Origin: Klebsormidium nitens
Lineage: Eukaryota; Plantae; Klebsormidiophyceae
DNA length: 64,000 bases
Assembly: GCA_000708835.1 (NCBI GenBank)
Contig: DF237231.1
Span: 49,346-113,345 of the forward strand
Reading direction: 5' to 3'
The notes under the pieces were generated by a model. That model had not been told where the DNA came from and ran no database searches. It saw only the letters and a list, made by a program, of their open reading frames with translations. Made by a program: the position numbers and the translations under genes. Below are positions 52,501-64,000 of this stretch, in pieces; within the stretch, counting starts at the first letter, position 1, and every line of letters starts with the position of its first letter.

Positions 52501-53578
52501 CTTCTATGCTCGAAAACCCTCTGTATTTGGCAGCCCCCTGTTTGGCCTGGCTGCAATCAACACCGCCGTAGCCTGCTTTGCAAACGCACCGCCTGCTTAT
52601 GCACCGACCCTGATTGGAACAGTCGTTTGAGCAAGCGGTTGATCCTAGACTCCTATGATTTTCTTCTGACGCATTGTGAGCGTTAGCATCCTCCTCTCTT
52701 ATCAAGTTCTGATCCGAGTGTAAAGATCTGCTGGTGACATCAGTATCCGTTGACGAACTCGCAGTTGCCTCAACAGTTGACACTTTGCTGACGCTTCCGT
52801 TCCCTTTGCTTTGAGTGGCATCCGAGTCTTCCCCAGTGCCGTTTTGCAGCTGGCCACTTATGGAGCCCCAGCGCCATAAGCGGGCGTTCATTTTGTCCAT
52901 TGTCCGTACCGCAGCCCCTATAAGCACCTTGTAGCGAGCGATATCCGCCGCCCGCTTATCGTCCTCCGCAAACTTGTCCGTAACTTCTGAGCCTGGCGAC
53001 ACATCCGTGATTACCCCGGTCATACTTTTCTCGACTTCCTTTGACTTCTCTTCCAGCGTGCTTGCGTCGAGCTCAGAGGTTGACTTGTTTTCCGGTGCTG
53101 CTGTCTCCCTAGCTGTCCCTAACAACTCGCTATGTGAATGAGGGTTAGTGTTAACCTGCGGCCGTTTGAGTCTGTCAAACCCCAGGAGGGCTGCCGCTGC
53201 AACCCGCCCGTAACCTGGGTGGGCGTCCCCAAGCAACCCACTTTCTAACCCACTATCTAACCCACTTTTTAGACCACTATCAAACCCACTGCCTTGACCA
53301 CTCTTAAACTCGACCTGAGCTGTACTTTTTGACTCATCGTGGACCCTGACTGAAAGAGGGTCCGCCAGAGCAAGACGTGGGTTCCCTGCTTCAACCCCAA
53401 ACGTACCACTTGCACCATCAGACAAAAGGCTCTCAGTATTCACTGAGCTGATGACTTGCGGTCTCGCTCTCGTGCCTTTGCTGTCGGTGCACTCAACCAG
53501 TGGTGCCAGCATTAGAAGCAGGCAAGCAGCCCACGAGCCGAGCACCGCTGGCGAGGACCTTGCTCTGCTTTGTGCCAT
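46529..53578 (-). CDS. Secretory-pathway bifunctional glycosyltransferase: signal/TM - S/T-rich stem - EGF-like - GT4 (GT-B) - GT2 (GT-A), ~1,144 aa, 11 exons
   Basis: Exons 53578-52361, 51945-51733, 51506-51291, 50861-50202, 49912-49808, 49498-49262, 48899-48698, 48290-48141, 47729-47542, 47215-47081, 46639-46529; the last intron is a putative GC-AG. EGF CSNDCSNQGRCISRRCVCKAGYGGVDC. GT4 NGGIGTAF, VHFPDYQG, ENSPYTVYE (Ex7E), DVGGI. GT2 VSVVMTHFNRP, VDDGS, YLGAARN, FMDDDN, YEDWE. Confidence 0.85.
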
Positions 53579-54947
53579 GACGTTGCGCCGCGCGTTACGC
53601 GGTGGGAAGCTTTAACGAGCTACTGCGGCATTGGTGCTTGGCACTGCTGAGCTATGGTACAAGTTTGTCATCTGAGGTAAGGCGAGCAATCTTTGGCTCA
53701 TTCAACATTGTCCATACTGCCCAGGCAGCCGAGGGGCAGCCTCTTTCATGTGTGCAGTATAGCATAGTTTCCAGTTTGGAGCTTGTCAACCAGAGTGCCT
53801 TGCCATTTGCAGGTTGGTCTTTGCGCAGGGTTGCTGCTTATGCCACAAGTGCTATCGTCTAAGTTGTCCGAGCTTCCTTCTGGTGATCAGGTTGTTAAAT
53901 GCGTCGTTCGTACGACCTATAGGCTTGCTGAAGCACTACTGACGTCCAAAAGTACGATACACCAATGATATTAGTAGCACCGTAGCTGCATTAGGTGCTC
54001 TGAAATCAAAGGGCAATGACTCCATTCCCTTACACTTCACCTTCCTTCTTGGTACCAACCGCTGCACGATACGGGCTCGCTAGCATAAACGTTTATCGGA
54101 CGGTTTGTAAGCGCCAATCGCTCCTCGAGGCGAACCCTGCAAAGCTGCTCCGCCGGCCGCGTCGCTGCCGGGCCGCGCGGCACTGACCTTGAAAGCCCAC
54201 TTGAAACTTGAAAGAACTTGAATTAAGGGTGTCGGAAATTGGAACGCCCAGGACGCAATAAGCCGATTAACTTTGTGAGAGGCGTGGGACATTGGCCCAG
54301 CGACCAAAGTCCTGCGCTACTAAAACTAATTATTGTTATTACAGATTCCCTGTATATTGAATGATAGCACTACCACATATCCATAGGTATGTATGTGAGT
54401 CCAAGCTACCGTGCCCGGTGCCCTTCACGCCTGGCGTCTTTCAGAATGCTGGCGATCATGGTAGACCGTTGGATCGCTTCCTCGCGGCGCCCAGCGCACG
54501 ATGTTACTGCTCGCGTACAATACCTTGCGCTATACTAACCAGTCGTGGTTTGATGCTAGCGCGCATTCGCCGGACGTCAGACGGTACCTCCTCGTCAGTG
54601 AGATCTAACGTCGTATGACTATCGACCATCCAAATTAAAGTTTATACTCTCTTGAACTCTCAAACCGTGAAAGTTCGAAGTAAGAACTTCATCGACGACT
54701 CCTCGAGCTTTAAAAACGCGGGCGGGTGCAGTAACAATTTCCTTAAAGAACGTCTCTCTTCCCATTTAGTCTTTACTGTTAGTTGCGCCTGCTACATATT
54801 GCTTGTCGGTTCTGAAGTGCTGACCTAAGGCTACAGTACCAGGTACCAGCTCTGTGTATTCTAGTCTGTTTATTGTCCGGCTGCTGAATTGCGTTTGCCT
54901 GATCATATAAGACAAGAGAAAGGGCTTGAGCTTCTGCCGGGTTTAAA

Positions 54948-57900
54948 ATGGAAGGCATCCAGCAGCTGCAGCAGCTTGGGCCCTCGCCGGCTAAGCCCAG
55001 CAAGGCGAAGAAGCAGCCAAACCAGGCACCACAGCCCAAGACGCTGTACCCTCCGCCGGAGCTGCTGGAAGATCTATGCAGGTAAGGCAGTCATGTCCTT
55101 CTCAGTCAGGACACATTGTAAGCTTTGAGTGCATCTTATGGAGTGTGACAGCTCTCCAATCAGGAAGAGCGCTGGCCAAGCACATGATTGCCAGTTAATC
55201 TTGGGTTTAAGGTGCTCAGCCATGGTGGTAAGTGGCACATTGATACGTCCGAGAACGTGAGAGCTGCCGAATGGAAGCTGCATTACAGCACTTGTATCGC
55301 AAGGTATTCAGAATGTTAAGAACCAGGCGTCCTAGTATCTGCACCATTCCGTTTGAGTCCATCATCGGCTCTGCGTTATACTAAGAGATCGTGCCGACTA
55401 TGCGTGCGCTTTTCAGCATCGACTATGTTTGTGCGGGTTTGAGGCTTGTGCTTCGGATTTGTGCCTGCGTTTCTTTTTTCATTCATCTAAGATCGATCAA
55501 TCTGCTGGTGCCGCCTTACAGGTTTTCCCCAACCATCTGTGGGACTTTCTTGATGTTGCCACCAACCCACTTTGTAACATCGAAGTTCCGCGTTCCTAAT
55601 CAATTTGGTGACCACCAGATCTCTCTGTCTTGATGCCAGTTAGCGCACTATATGTCCGCTCCCATCATTGGTATTCTTTTGCGCTCAATCCTCCCACGGG
55701 TTACAACACCACCTCTGAGCGCACCGCTTCTCTACTGAAGAACGCAGAGGTTTATTCCATCGCTGCAGTCGCGTCATTCTTCACGCCCTCAAAAAAGGGC
55801 ACAAAGTTTTTGAGCCCATGGCCCTTTTGTTCTAGCGCCTGAATCCAATCTTCTCAATGTAACACTCCTTGCCAAGCTCTTCCCCCCTAATTGCCCCTTC
55901 TTCCCTTCGTTATGTATCCAAGTAACACAAAACCCCGCTCGTCTTCTTTCTCGCAACTGCATTGTGCTCAATCACCCCTTGAGAAGAGCTCAAGCCTTCT
56001 GAGTTTATCCGCTGTCTCCTTTGACAACTGAAAACAATCCGTACCTGCACCTTCTCAGTCCCCCACTGATCCTTGCTCTTTCAGAGGCGTGACGAGTTGC
56101 AGACTTACCCCCCCTCTCCTCCTTGCAGTCGCTTCGTCCTCAACGCCCCCGGAGAAGAGCTCAAATCCTTCACGCACAACCGCTCTTGCTTTGGTTATTG
56201 ACGAGAGTATATACCTGCACCTCTCTGCTCTTCCCTAATTCTATTCGTGGCTCACTTCCACCTGCATTTGAGTTGACTGTTGCCCCCCCTCTCTGCAGCC
56301 GCTTCGTCCTTAACGCCCCTGAAGAAGAGCTCAAGTCATTCGAGCGCATCGGCTTCCTCATCGAGCTCGCGCACTGGTTCTACGAGGACCACGTGCGCGA
56401 GCAACAGCCCGCTTTACGCAGCTTTTCGCTCAGCGACTTCATCGCCGCAATGTTCAAGCACTGCGCGGCGCTCCGGCCGTACGGCGAGTTTGCGGACGAG
56501 ATCTACCGCAGCTTTACGGACTACAAAGTGAAGGTGCCCACGACGGGGGCGATTCTGCTGAACCCAGCAATGGACAAGGTGGGGCAGCGGCCACTGTGAA
56601 GGGGGCCAGTTGATCAAGGGTTGTCTCTTTCTCAGCTTCTGTCCTTTTCGATTTCGGAGGTGTGATAAAGAGAGTTGGATCAAAGTTCAATACGAGGCTT
56701 GGTGACATGGGTGTTAGGAACAGCGGTTGCCCTTCAAAATCAATGGTAAAGTGTGCTTTTTGGGATTGAGGAGCGTCTCTCTAGGCAGGCTTCTCTAGAA
56801 ATGAATTTCGCAGTATCCTTGTCACATCGTATTCAAAACGATGACGCGTGGAAAGCTACTTCATGTTCTGACTCTTTGAGGTCCTTCTCAAATCCGCTGT
56901 CCTTTTCTATAGCCTTCTTCTGAAAGGCCTGAAAATCAAGCGGCCTTTCAGGAAAGAAGATGCACATCAGGTTGTCTGAGCGCAACTTTTCAGGTGTCAG
57001 TAATGGTTAGCGTCCACTCATTCTTGCTTGAAGCACGACAAATGCTTCTAACCAAGCGAGGTCAAGAAATCAGAAGGCTGGTACAAAGAGCCTGCCCGTT
57101 TTGAGTCAGCTAGAACCTTCTTTCAGTGCTACAGAGCTTCTACGGGCAACACGATCAGTAAGGGCGCTCCAGCCAAACCAAAGCAATGTCCAATCAGCCT
57201 GGTGGCCGCATTTTCGCAGTGCGTGATGGTGAGGGGCTGGAAGCAGCACTCGGCGTGGGGCTTTCCAAAGGGGAAGAAGAACTTCCAGGAGGAAGATCTG
57301 GCATGCGCAATCCGGGAGGTGAGGCGACGCTCCTGTAGCAATCGAGCCGAGCGATTTTGAATTCTCTTGTGTTTGCGACAAGGTTCAGCTTTTGCTAAAT
57401 ACCGGCCTTGAGATGCATCCAGGCTTCTTACTCCTTCCCTCTGAGAAAAGGTATGTGCCACAGAGTTGCCCTGAAGGAAAGAGGTTAAGATCGTCAGGAG
57501 CAAAGGTAAGGCGAAGGACGGCGACGAGCCGAGGAGTTGACGACTCTTTCGCTCCGCTTTTGGAGCACAAGAAAGTTGCAAAAATCACTTGAATCGAGTT
57601 CCATCATTTCCGATGTGACCCGTGCAAACATTCGGTAAGTTCCTGATTACAAACCATTCCCGCAGGTGGAGGAAGAGATTGGGTACAACATTGGCGGCCA
57701 CGTAAACCCGGAAGACTTTCTCGAGGTCGAGATTGCCGAGCAGCGCTGTCGGTTGTACATAGTCACGGGCGTCGAGGAGAGCACGCCCTTTCTAACGCGG
57801 ACCAAGAAGGAGATCGGGGTGAGCCGCTGCGGACGTCCAATCTGCTTGAGGGGTCTGTGCAGAAACGTGTCATGTGAAGGGAGTTCTCGATGCCGAGCTT

Positions 57901-59367
57901 TGCACACTAGATCAGGAATTCATCGGATTGACCGACGTCAGAAGTAGGGGGTTCCTGTCGTGAAGACAACTGACTTCACCGCTACTGAGAAAGCGCTACG
58001 ATGTGTTTTACTCGCAATTGCTGGAACGGCAGCAAGGGATACAGAGCGCCAATGGTCCCTTTCCCCTGAAGTGGAATGGAAGCCTCTCCTAACCATGTTG
58101 AATTGAACGTATGGAACACGGACTTCAAGAGAAGGGCAGAAAGGTCTGCATAAGATCGAAACGAGCCGCGTGCGTACGTCCGCAGGAGATTGCGTGGCAC
58201 TGGATTGCGGACCTGCCGGACGTGGAGAACGAGGATCCGGACAACCCGGGGAACCCGAACAAGGGCGCCAACGGCCTCAAGTACTTCCTCGTATGGCCGT
58301 ACATGAGGTAAGAAAAAGCTGCGAATGGAAGTCACCAATCATTTGTTTTGATCGATCTTGAGAGAATGGAGGGCTGAGCTTTGAAGATACGGGTTTGCTC
58401 GAGACGTCGGAGGCGGGCTTTGCGCGATCCAAGCATGAGGTATTCAGAAAGGAGGCAAAGAAGCAGGGCTGAAGTTGGCAGAGTCACTAAAGCCACCTCT
58501 AGGAAATTTGCATTTTCCGTCTCGAAAGTAATGTCCATCTTAGCATGCTCATTGATAGCATAACCATCGGGATAACCTCCCCCTCTCCATGTGCCGCTTT
58601 GCGATTCGCAACTGCAAGCTTCATTGAGAGGGACACTGCTTAGGGATTATGTGCACGCTTTGAATCTAGACAATCTGGGAAACAGAGACAAGAAAGCTGA
58701 GAAGGACGGCATAAAATACAAAGGAGCTGAAGGAGCGTCACCTAGAATATCAAGGGAGAACCCACTAGCCTCTTATTGCTGACGCAGGGGCCTCAAGAAC
58801 TGGATCGCAGCACGGAAAGCGCCAGGGGGAGGGCGGTCTAAGCGAAAAAAGGGTTTGACAGGTGAGCAAGGCCACAGTATCTTAACTGCTTCTTACTTCT
58901 TGAGATTAAAGAATGTTTACTCTTTGGAGACATGGTGTCTCTGATACCCGAAAGCAACGGGGAATTGTTGAGGAACAGCGCGGTCGCTTCAGCACCTGAC
59001 TCGAGAAGCGCTCAAAGCACCAATAAGCAAACTTGTTAATGCACGTCTATCTGGCCAACCCTGAAGTACACGCAGTAAGCCCTTTCATATGCATGAAAAC
59101 TTAGAAAAGATTTGCTTTCTTGCAGGTCCCAGCAACCCGACGTCGTCCGGCCGATCTGCAGTCGCTCCTCCGCCGTCAGATCCGGCCCCTGCAACTCGCG
59201 AGCTACCTCAGATGCCAGCTGTAGAATTTCAAGCGTCTGATGTGCCAAGTGGCACTCAACCAACGGCCCTGTATAGCAGCCCTGATTTCAGTAACTTCCG
59301 GTTCGACGTTGCCCGGATATTGCCCCTTCTGACCTTCCCGGAGAAGGTCCAACACGCCTCCTTATAG
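54948..59367 (+). CDS. DCP2: mRNA decapping enzyme DCP2 (Nudix), ~367 aa, 7 exons
   Basis: Exons 54948-55081, 56299-56578, 57220-57318, 57666-57818, 58186-58307, 58788-58861, 59126-59367. Box A ELLEDLCSRFVLN...AHWFYED; Nudix box GKKNFQEEDLACAIREVEEEIG; TKKEIGEIAWH; C-terminal FSNFRFDVARIL. Confidence 0.92.
55966..56350 (+). repeat. Diverged upstream copies of the DCP2 exon 2 acceptor and 5' end
   Basis: Real site (AG 56297-8): ctctgcag|CCGCTTCGTCCTTAACGCCCCTGAAGAAGAGCTCAAG. Copy (AG 56127-8): ccttgcag|TCGCTTCGTCCTCAACGCCCCGGAGAAGAGCTCAAA. Remnant at ~55966-56003. Confidence 0.85.
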
Positions 59368-60132
59368 GCTAAGTTTGCACAGTATTGCGCAAGCGGCAGC
59401 TATCGTGCTCTTTTGGCTCAAGTTTTGCGTCCTTTGACCTGAGTCTCTCATCTCCGATCTATGGGGCAAGACGCGAAGTTCGTCCTCCGAGGGATGTTAG
59501 AACTCATTTTGCAGATGATTTCCGAGATTGCAGAGGCTTTTATACAAATCCGTCCATCATGTGTCCAGGACGCCTAGTACGTTGAATGAGGATTCAATAT
59601 GGCGGCACGCTGGCGGGTGAAAGTTGTTTGTACTGCCGAGCTGGAATTATATGCATTTATTGCACGCACAGTACAAACTCGCGCAATCTGGAGTTTACAG
59701 GTCATGCAATTCGACCGCGTACGCCCATGCTCATAAGTATAACGTAATTGCATTGTGGCGCGCCGCGCGTATATGCACTAGTATATATACTGTATGTATG
59801 CATGTCCCGCCAGTGACGGGGCATGCATACACTTGGATTGAGAAGTTGGTTGCATGGTCATGCATCATGCAATTTTGCCAACCAGCAGCACATCAGCAGA
59901 AAATAATGAGGTTGACGCACATGGTACAAACACAACGACGCTTGGTTATGGCTCGATCAACCATTGGAAGCATGATCCAAGTCTACGCAATGTATTTTCA
60001 AACTGTGTCATGCTTAATTCTGTTGCTTACAGGCATACTGTAGCTGCCCTCTGGTGAAGGTTCCCCACATCTCCCTTATCTACCCCGTCGCGGAGAAACC
60101 GGGCCAGACCGATACAGACTCCATGCTAAACC

Positions 60133-63100
60133 TTACGAAAATTTGGCGTTCGAAAAGTCCATTTCCGGGTGCGCGGCCATGAACTTTTGCAAGATGTCTT
60201 GCTTCTGCTGCTCGTCGGCCGTGGGCAGCCCCATTGCTTTTTGCCGTTGGTCGTACTGCAGCACAAAAACGCACGTCATTGGTGAGCGTAGTTCCTTTCA
60301 AACAGGAGAAGCTCGGTTGAAGAAAGTGTACCAAGGTTCTTTTTGATATAACACTTGCGTCGCTGCTCAAAGAGCAAGAACGACCCGCTCGAACTCCATC
60401 TGTCCAGCTTGGGATGTCAACTTGCAAACACCGTCCGGTATTTTACATTCTAAATATCTGCCATGGTTCAACTGCTTGCAAATCTCCTTGATTGGACACT
60501 TTCAGAACGAAAGCAAGTGGCAGCCAATCCGTTCGAATTCGTAGCCCACAGGCCCCCGAAACGAAACGAAAAGTCTGCTGGGGCTTGAAGGAATTAACGC
60601 CATCGAATGAATGCGGTTTCTGCAGAGGCTGTGTGCTCGGCAGCTCTTTCTCGCTGACGAGCTTTTCTGACACGATGATCTTTGGAAGCATTGCAAGCCA
60701 GAGGCCCGCCGTCAGATTCCCTGCCACCGCACCACCATCTATTCGACGTTTGAACGAAGAGCGCTCACAAACGACGAAGATAAGTGAGAACCAGACCCAG
60801 AGGCCGTCTGTGAAGCCCCACTGCCGCCTCACCATCATCTTCTCGACCGTTTGAATGGAGAGAGCTCACAAAACCACAAGTCAGAACCAGAGGCCGGCCG
60901 TGAAGCATCCCTGGCGCCTTACCATCATCTTCTCGACCGTCTGGCGCGTCTCCCCGTCCAGGTCGCTGAGCTTGCTGTTCTCCGGCTCCACCTTTTGCGT
61001 GTTGATCTCGGGGTCGCCCTTGACCACCGCGCGCCACCACTCCATCTGCTCCACTTTCGTCAGGCTCACGCACAGCGTGTTGCCGTCCTCGATGCTCCAC
61101 ATGCTGTCGTCCGTCTTCACCGGCTTGTACAGCTCGCCCTGAAGAATATGCAAAGATTTTGTAAACCTTCGTAAACTCAAGTAGTGTATCTGACTTCAAA
61201 ACAATGTGAGAATGTTCATTCACTCGATGCTCCACGTGCTGTCGTCCGTCTTCACCGGCTTGTATAGCTCGCCCTGAGGAATGGCCACATGACTTGTTAA
61301 GTCACTGCGCTCTATAGTGGTGAGCTTGCTTTTGATGCTGTCCGGGTATGTCTCGTTGACGAGTGCTGGTATACCTAGGACTGACGTCCTCTGCATATGA
61401 AACTGCATTTGGCACATATGCAGTAATGGTCTTTCTTTGTATGTTGAGCTACTTCTCGAAGCGTTTTCCAGATTCTCAGAAAGGCTCGAGGATACGAAAG
61501 AGTCGTGTTGTGCAGCGCGTTAAAAGGGCGGGAATACGAGGGAGGGAGTTCTTTGCAAAGGAAGCAACCCATAGATCCTCATCGTCAGTGTCAGTGTCGC
61601 GCGATGCAGCACAAAAAGAAATGCCTGTACAGACTTGGAAGGAACAGGCGTTTCCATGAAACGGATTCCTTTACGGGCAACAGGTCAATACGCCACTCCG
61701 TCTCCCAAAGGGGCAAGGTGACGACTAGCAATTCTCTAGCATACGACTGCACTTTTGGACCTCCAGCATGTCTGGTTGGAATCTGCTGAACCAAACCGGT
61801 CACACCTGGTCCTCAAAAAGGGACGGAGAACCACAAGATAATAATATAACACCGCAACTGTCTCATCGCGTGCGTAGAAACAAAGGAATCTGAGGGAACA
61901 AGGAGGTGAACCGAAAAGAAGAAACTCTACGCACCTTGATGATCGGGGGCTGTCCCTTCAAGCCCATGGTTATCGACGTCTTCTTGATTTCGGCGTCGAC
62001 CATGCGGGCCTTCGTCCCCTGGGGCACCGGTATCGTGATGTATAGCTCGCTCAGCGTCTGGGTCCACGAGTACTTCTCTAAGTCGGCGCCGTTGCCACGG
62101 TTGGGGACTGCAAATCGAAAGAGATGAAGAAGAGAATCAGCTATTAATTTCAAAGTGAATCGTCCATCCCCATGTATTGAACGCAACTCACAGATAAACC
62201 CGCTGCTGCAGAACAGCACGCCGAAAGCAGGATGCTGACTCTTGACTGACTGCGGAAGGCAAGAAAGGAACTTGTAGGTAACGCTTTCTCCTGACTTAGC
62301 AGGGCCACAGCCATTTCATAAGTACAAGGCCATTGAAGGGACCGTTCGGCGCTCATATCCTTTCCGAACCGCCTGCTTCTTCGAATCTTGCAGGAAAACT
62401 AGCAGCAAAGTCTCACTGGTGGCTAGGCAGCTTGCCCAGCACAATCAATATCTTCATAGTTGTTGAGCCTCGTCATTGAATAGTGGCCAAAGGATACTCA
62501 CCCAGTCCCTTCTCCTCGTCCTCCTTGTCTGGGACCATTTCTTCCTTTACAGGTTCTTTCCCGCTCGCGCCTTCTGCTTCCTCCAATTTCGACTCAGGAC
62601 TTTTGGAGGATGGTTCTGTGATGGGAGTTGGTGTTGCTGGTTTTGAAGCCCCTGGCGCAGGGGTGGGCTTCTCTGAGGGTGTTGCTCTAGGAGCAGGGGC
62701 TAATGGGGTCTTCTTCGGCGCCTCAGCCTATGGAAGAAGTCAAGACATGGTTCGCTCACCATCCAATAACTATGGATCCTCATGATCTTCAGCACTCTTC
62801 AATCCACTGAAAGTTTGATAAAAAGACAGCTGCTGCACAGAAACCATCCATTAGAAGGTCTGACAAGGAACAGTTGCTGTGGAGAAAATGACCTGTAAGA
62901 ACTTGCAAGCAGCTTTTTAAAACAGCTACACCAAACCAAATGAGAACGTCAGACCGCCAGCGTGGCGTTGACCCATGCTCATCTCCTCTCCTGCGGCTCA
63001 CCTTGGCTTCAAGCTTCCTCCTCTTGACCTTCTGCACCATCTCGCTCACCCTCTGCTCCGCACCAGAGGCATCGAAGAAGTTTGACTTCTTCTGGAGGAA

Positions 63101-63659
63101 GTCAAACACCGTCTCCAAGAGCTGCATGAGCCACCACCACCGGCTGATTATGCATCAGGCAGAACAGACAGGGGATATGCACACTTTTACAGAACACCAA
63201 ATGATGCATTCTTCAAACTCAACAAAAGGTGATGCACCCACACAGAATGTATCTCTTGAGCAACTTCGAACACCACCACCGCCACAAATATAAGGAGGAA
63301 ATGTCACTGTCACATGCTTATTGTACATTGAAATTGGCGCCGACAGTCTACAAAGTGTTCAACAAGGAACCACACTGCTTAGACATGACGGTGTTCCCAG
63401 TGTCAAGCGAATCGGATAAGTGTGATAAATGAGACAGCACACTCGTGCAAAACTGCTCCAGTTTGAGCTTGAGCAACAGGAAAAGACTCCTCACCTGGGA
63501 CGCATTTGAGCTGTGCTCTTCATACAGGCGCTGCAAAGTGCTCTCGAACTTGGAGGAGCTGGATTCCGAGGATCCCACAGTTGCGTCGAGGTGGCGAGGG
63601 GATGAGCGCAGCGGTGTTGAAGGACGGGGCTCCTCCTCAACTTCTGCTATCACCGCCAT
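60133..63659 (-). CDS. BOB1: NudC-family CS-domain co-chaperone (BOBBER-like), ~340 aa, 6 exons
   Basis: Exons 63659-63495, 63121-63002, 62727-62502, 62107-61935, 61138-60923, 60255-60133. Motifs [84 protein letters not shown]. Confidence 0.93.
60720..61280 (-). repeat. Copies of both splice junctions of NudC exon 5 in the flanking introns
   Basis: Acceptor copy 61273-61220 ([17 protein letters not shown]-stop, near-identical to the exon start). Donor copies ACGGTCGAGAAGATGATG|GT at 60832 and a decayed one at 60732 (real donor 60922). Confidence 0.9.
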
Positions 63660-64000
63660 GTTGCAGGATTGAGCACCCCTGAATTGCCGCGGATAACAAC
63701 TGATAAAGAGAAATTTTTGCAATGTTCACTTGTAAAAGCGCTTTTGCTGGCCTCCCATCTGCTTTGTAACTTGTAACTTTAAGTTTGTGGACGAGTTTGC
63801 ATCTACCGGTATGCGGTTTTTGCTGATTTTCCTTCCGTGTCGCTTGTGACGATGGTTTCTCTTGCTTCGACGGTAAAAAGCTACCCCGCGAGTGTCGCCC
63901 CCCATTGGCTTTCGTTGTCGAATGCGTGGTTAATTACCGGTATCCTAAAACCACCTAGCTTCGATGGATGATTAGATCTAATTTAAGTTCAGGCTCCAGT

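Noticed and set aside
53239-53296. 12-nt repeat encoding xxSGL in the glycosyltransferase stem
   Set aside because: Ordinary low-complexity linker repeat.
1434-59367. Apparent cluster of RNA-metabolism genes (tRNase Z, RNR1, tRNA-Asn, DCP2)
   Set aside because: They act in different compartments and pathways and are interspersed with unrelated genes. Chance is sufficient without synteny evidence.

Overview
Eukaryotic nuclear DNA with spliceosomal GT-AG introns and GC-rich exons. Gene content and style point to a streptophyte green alga, most likely Klebsormidium (inference). I reconstructed 11 protein-coding genes by hand, joining splice sites in frame, plus one tRNA: an oversized tRNase Z-L (~1,939 aa), a plant-conserved uncharacterised Cys-motif protein, organellar RNase II (RNR1), a small acidic disordered protein, a coiled-coil/BTB protein, GLDH, TRS23/TRAPPC4, tRNA-Asn(GUU), a coiled-coil protein, an F-box/JmjC (JMJ22-like) protein, an EGF-GT4-GT2 bifunctional glycosyltransferase, DCP2 and NudC/BOB1. 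There are also two MITE-like elements. The main unexplained pattern: five genes carry diverged tandem copies of exon ends inside the adjacent intron, most still including the splice site. Every copy I translated that keeps a splice site would give a premature stop if used. Coordinates were counted manually and may be off by a few nt. No database search was run, so homology calls rest on recalled motifs.
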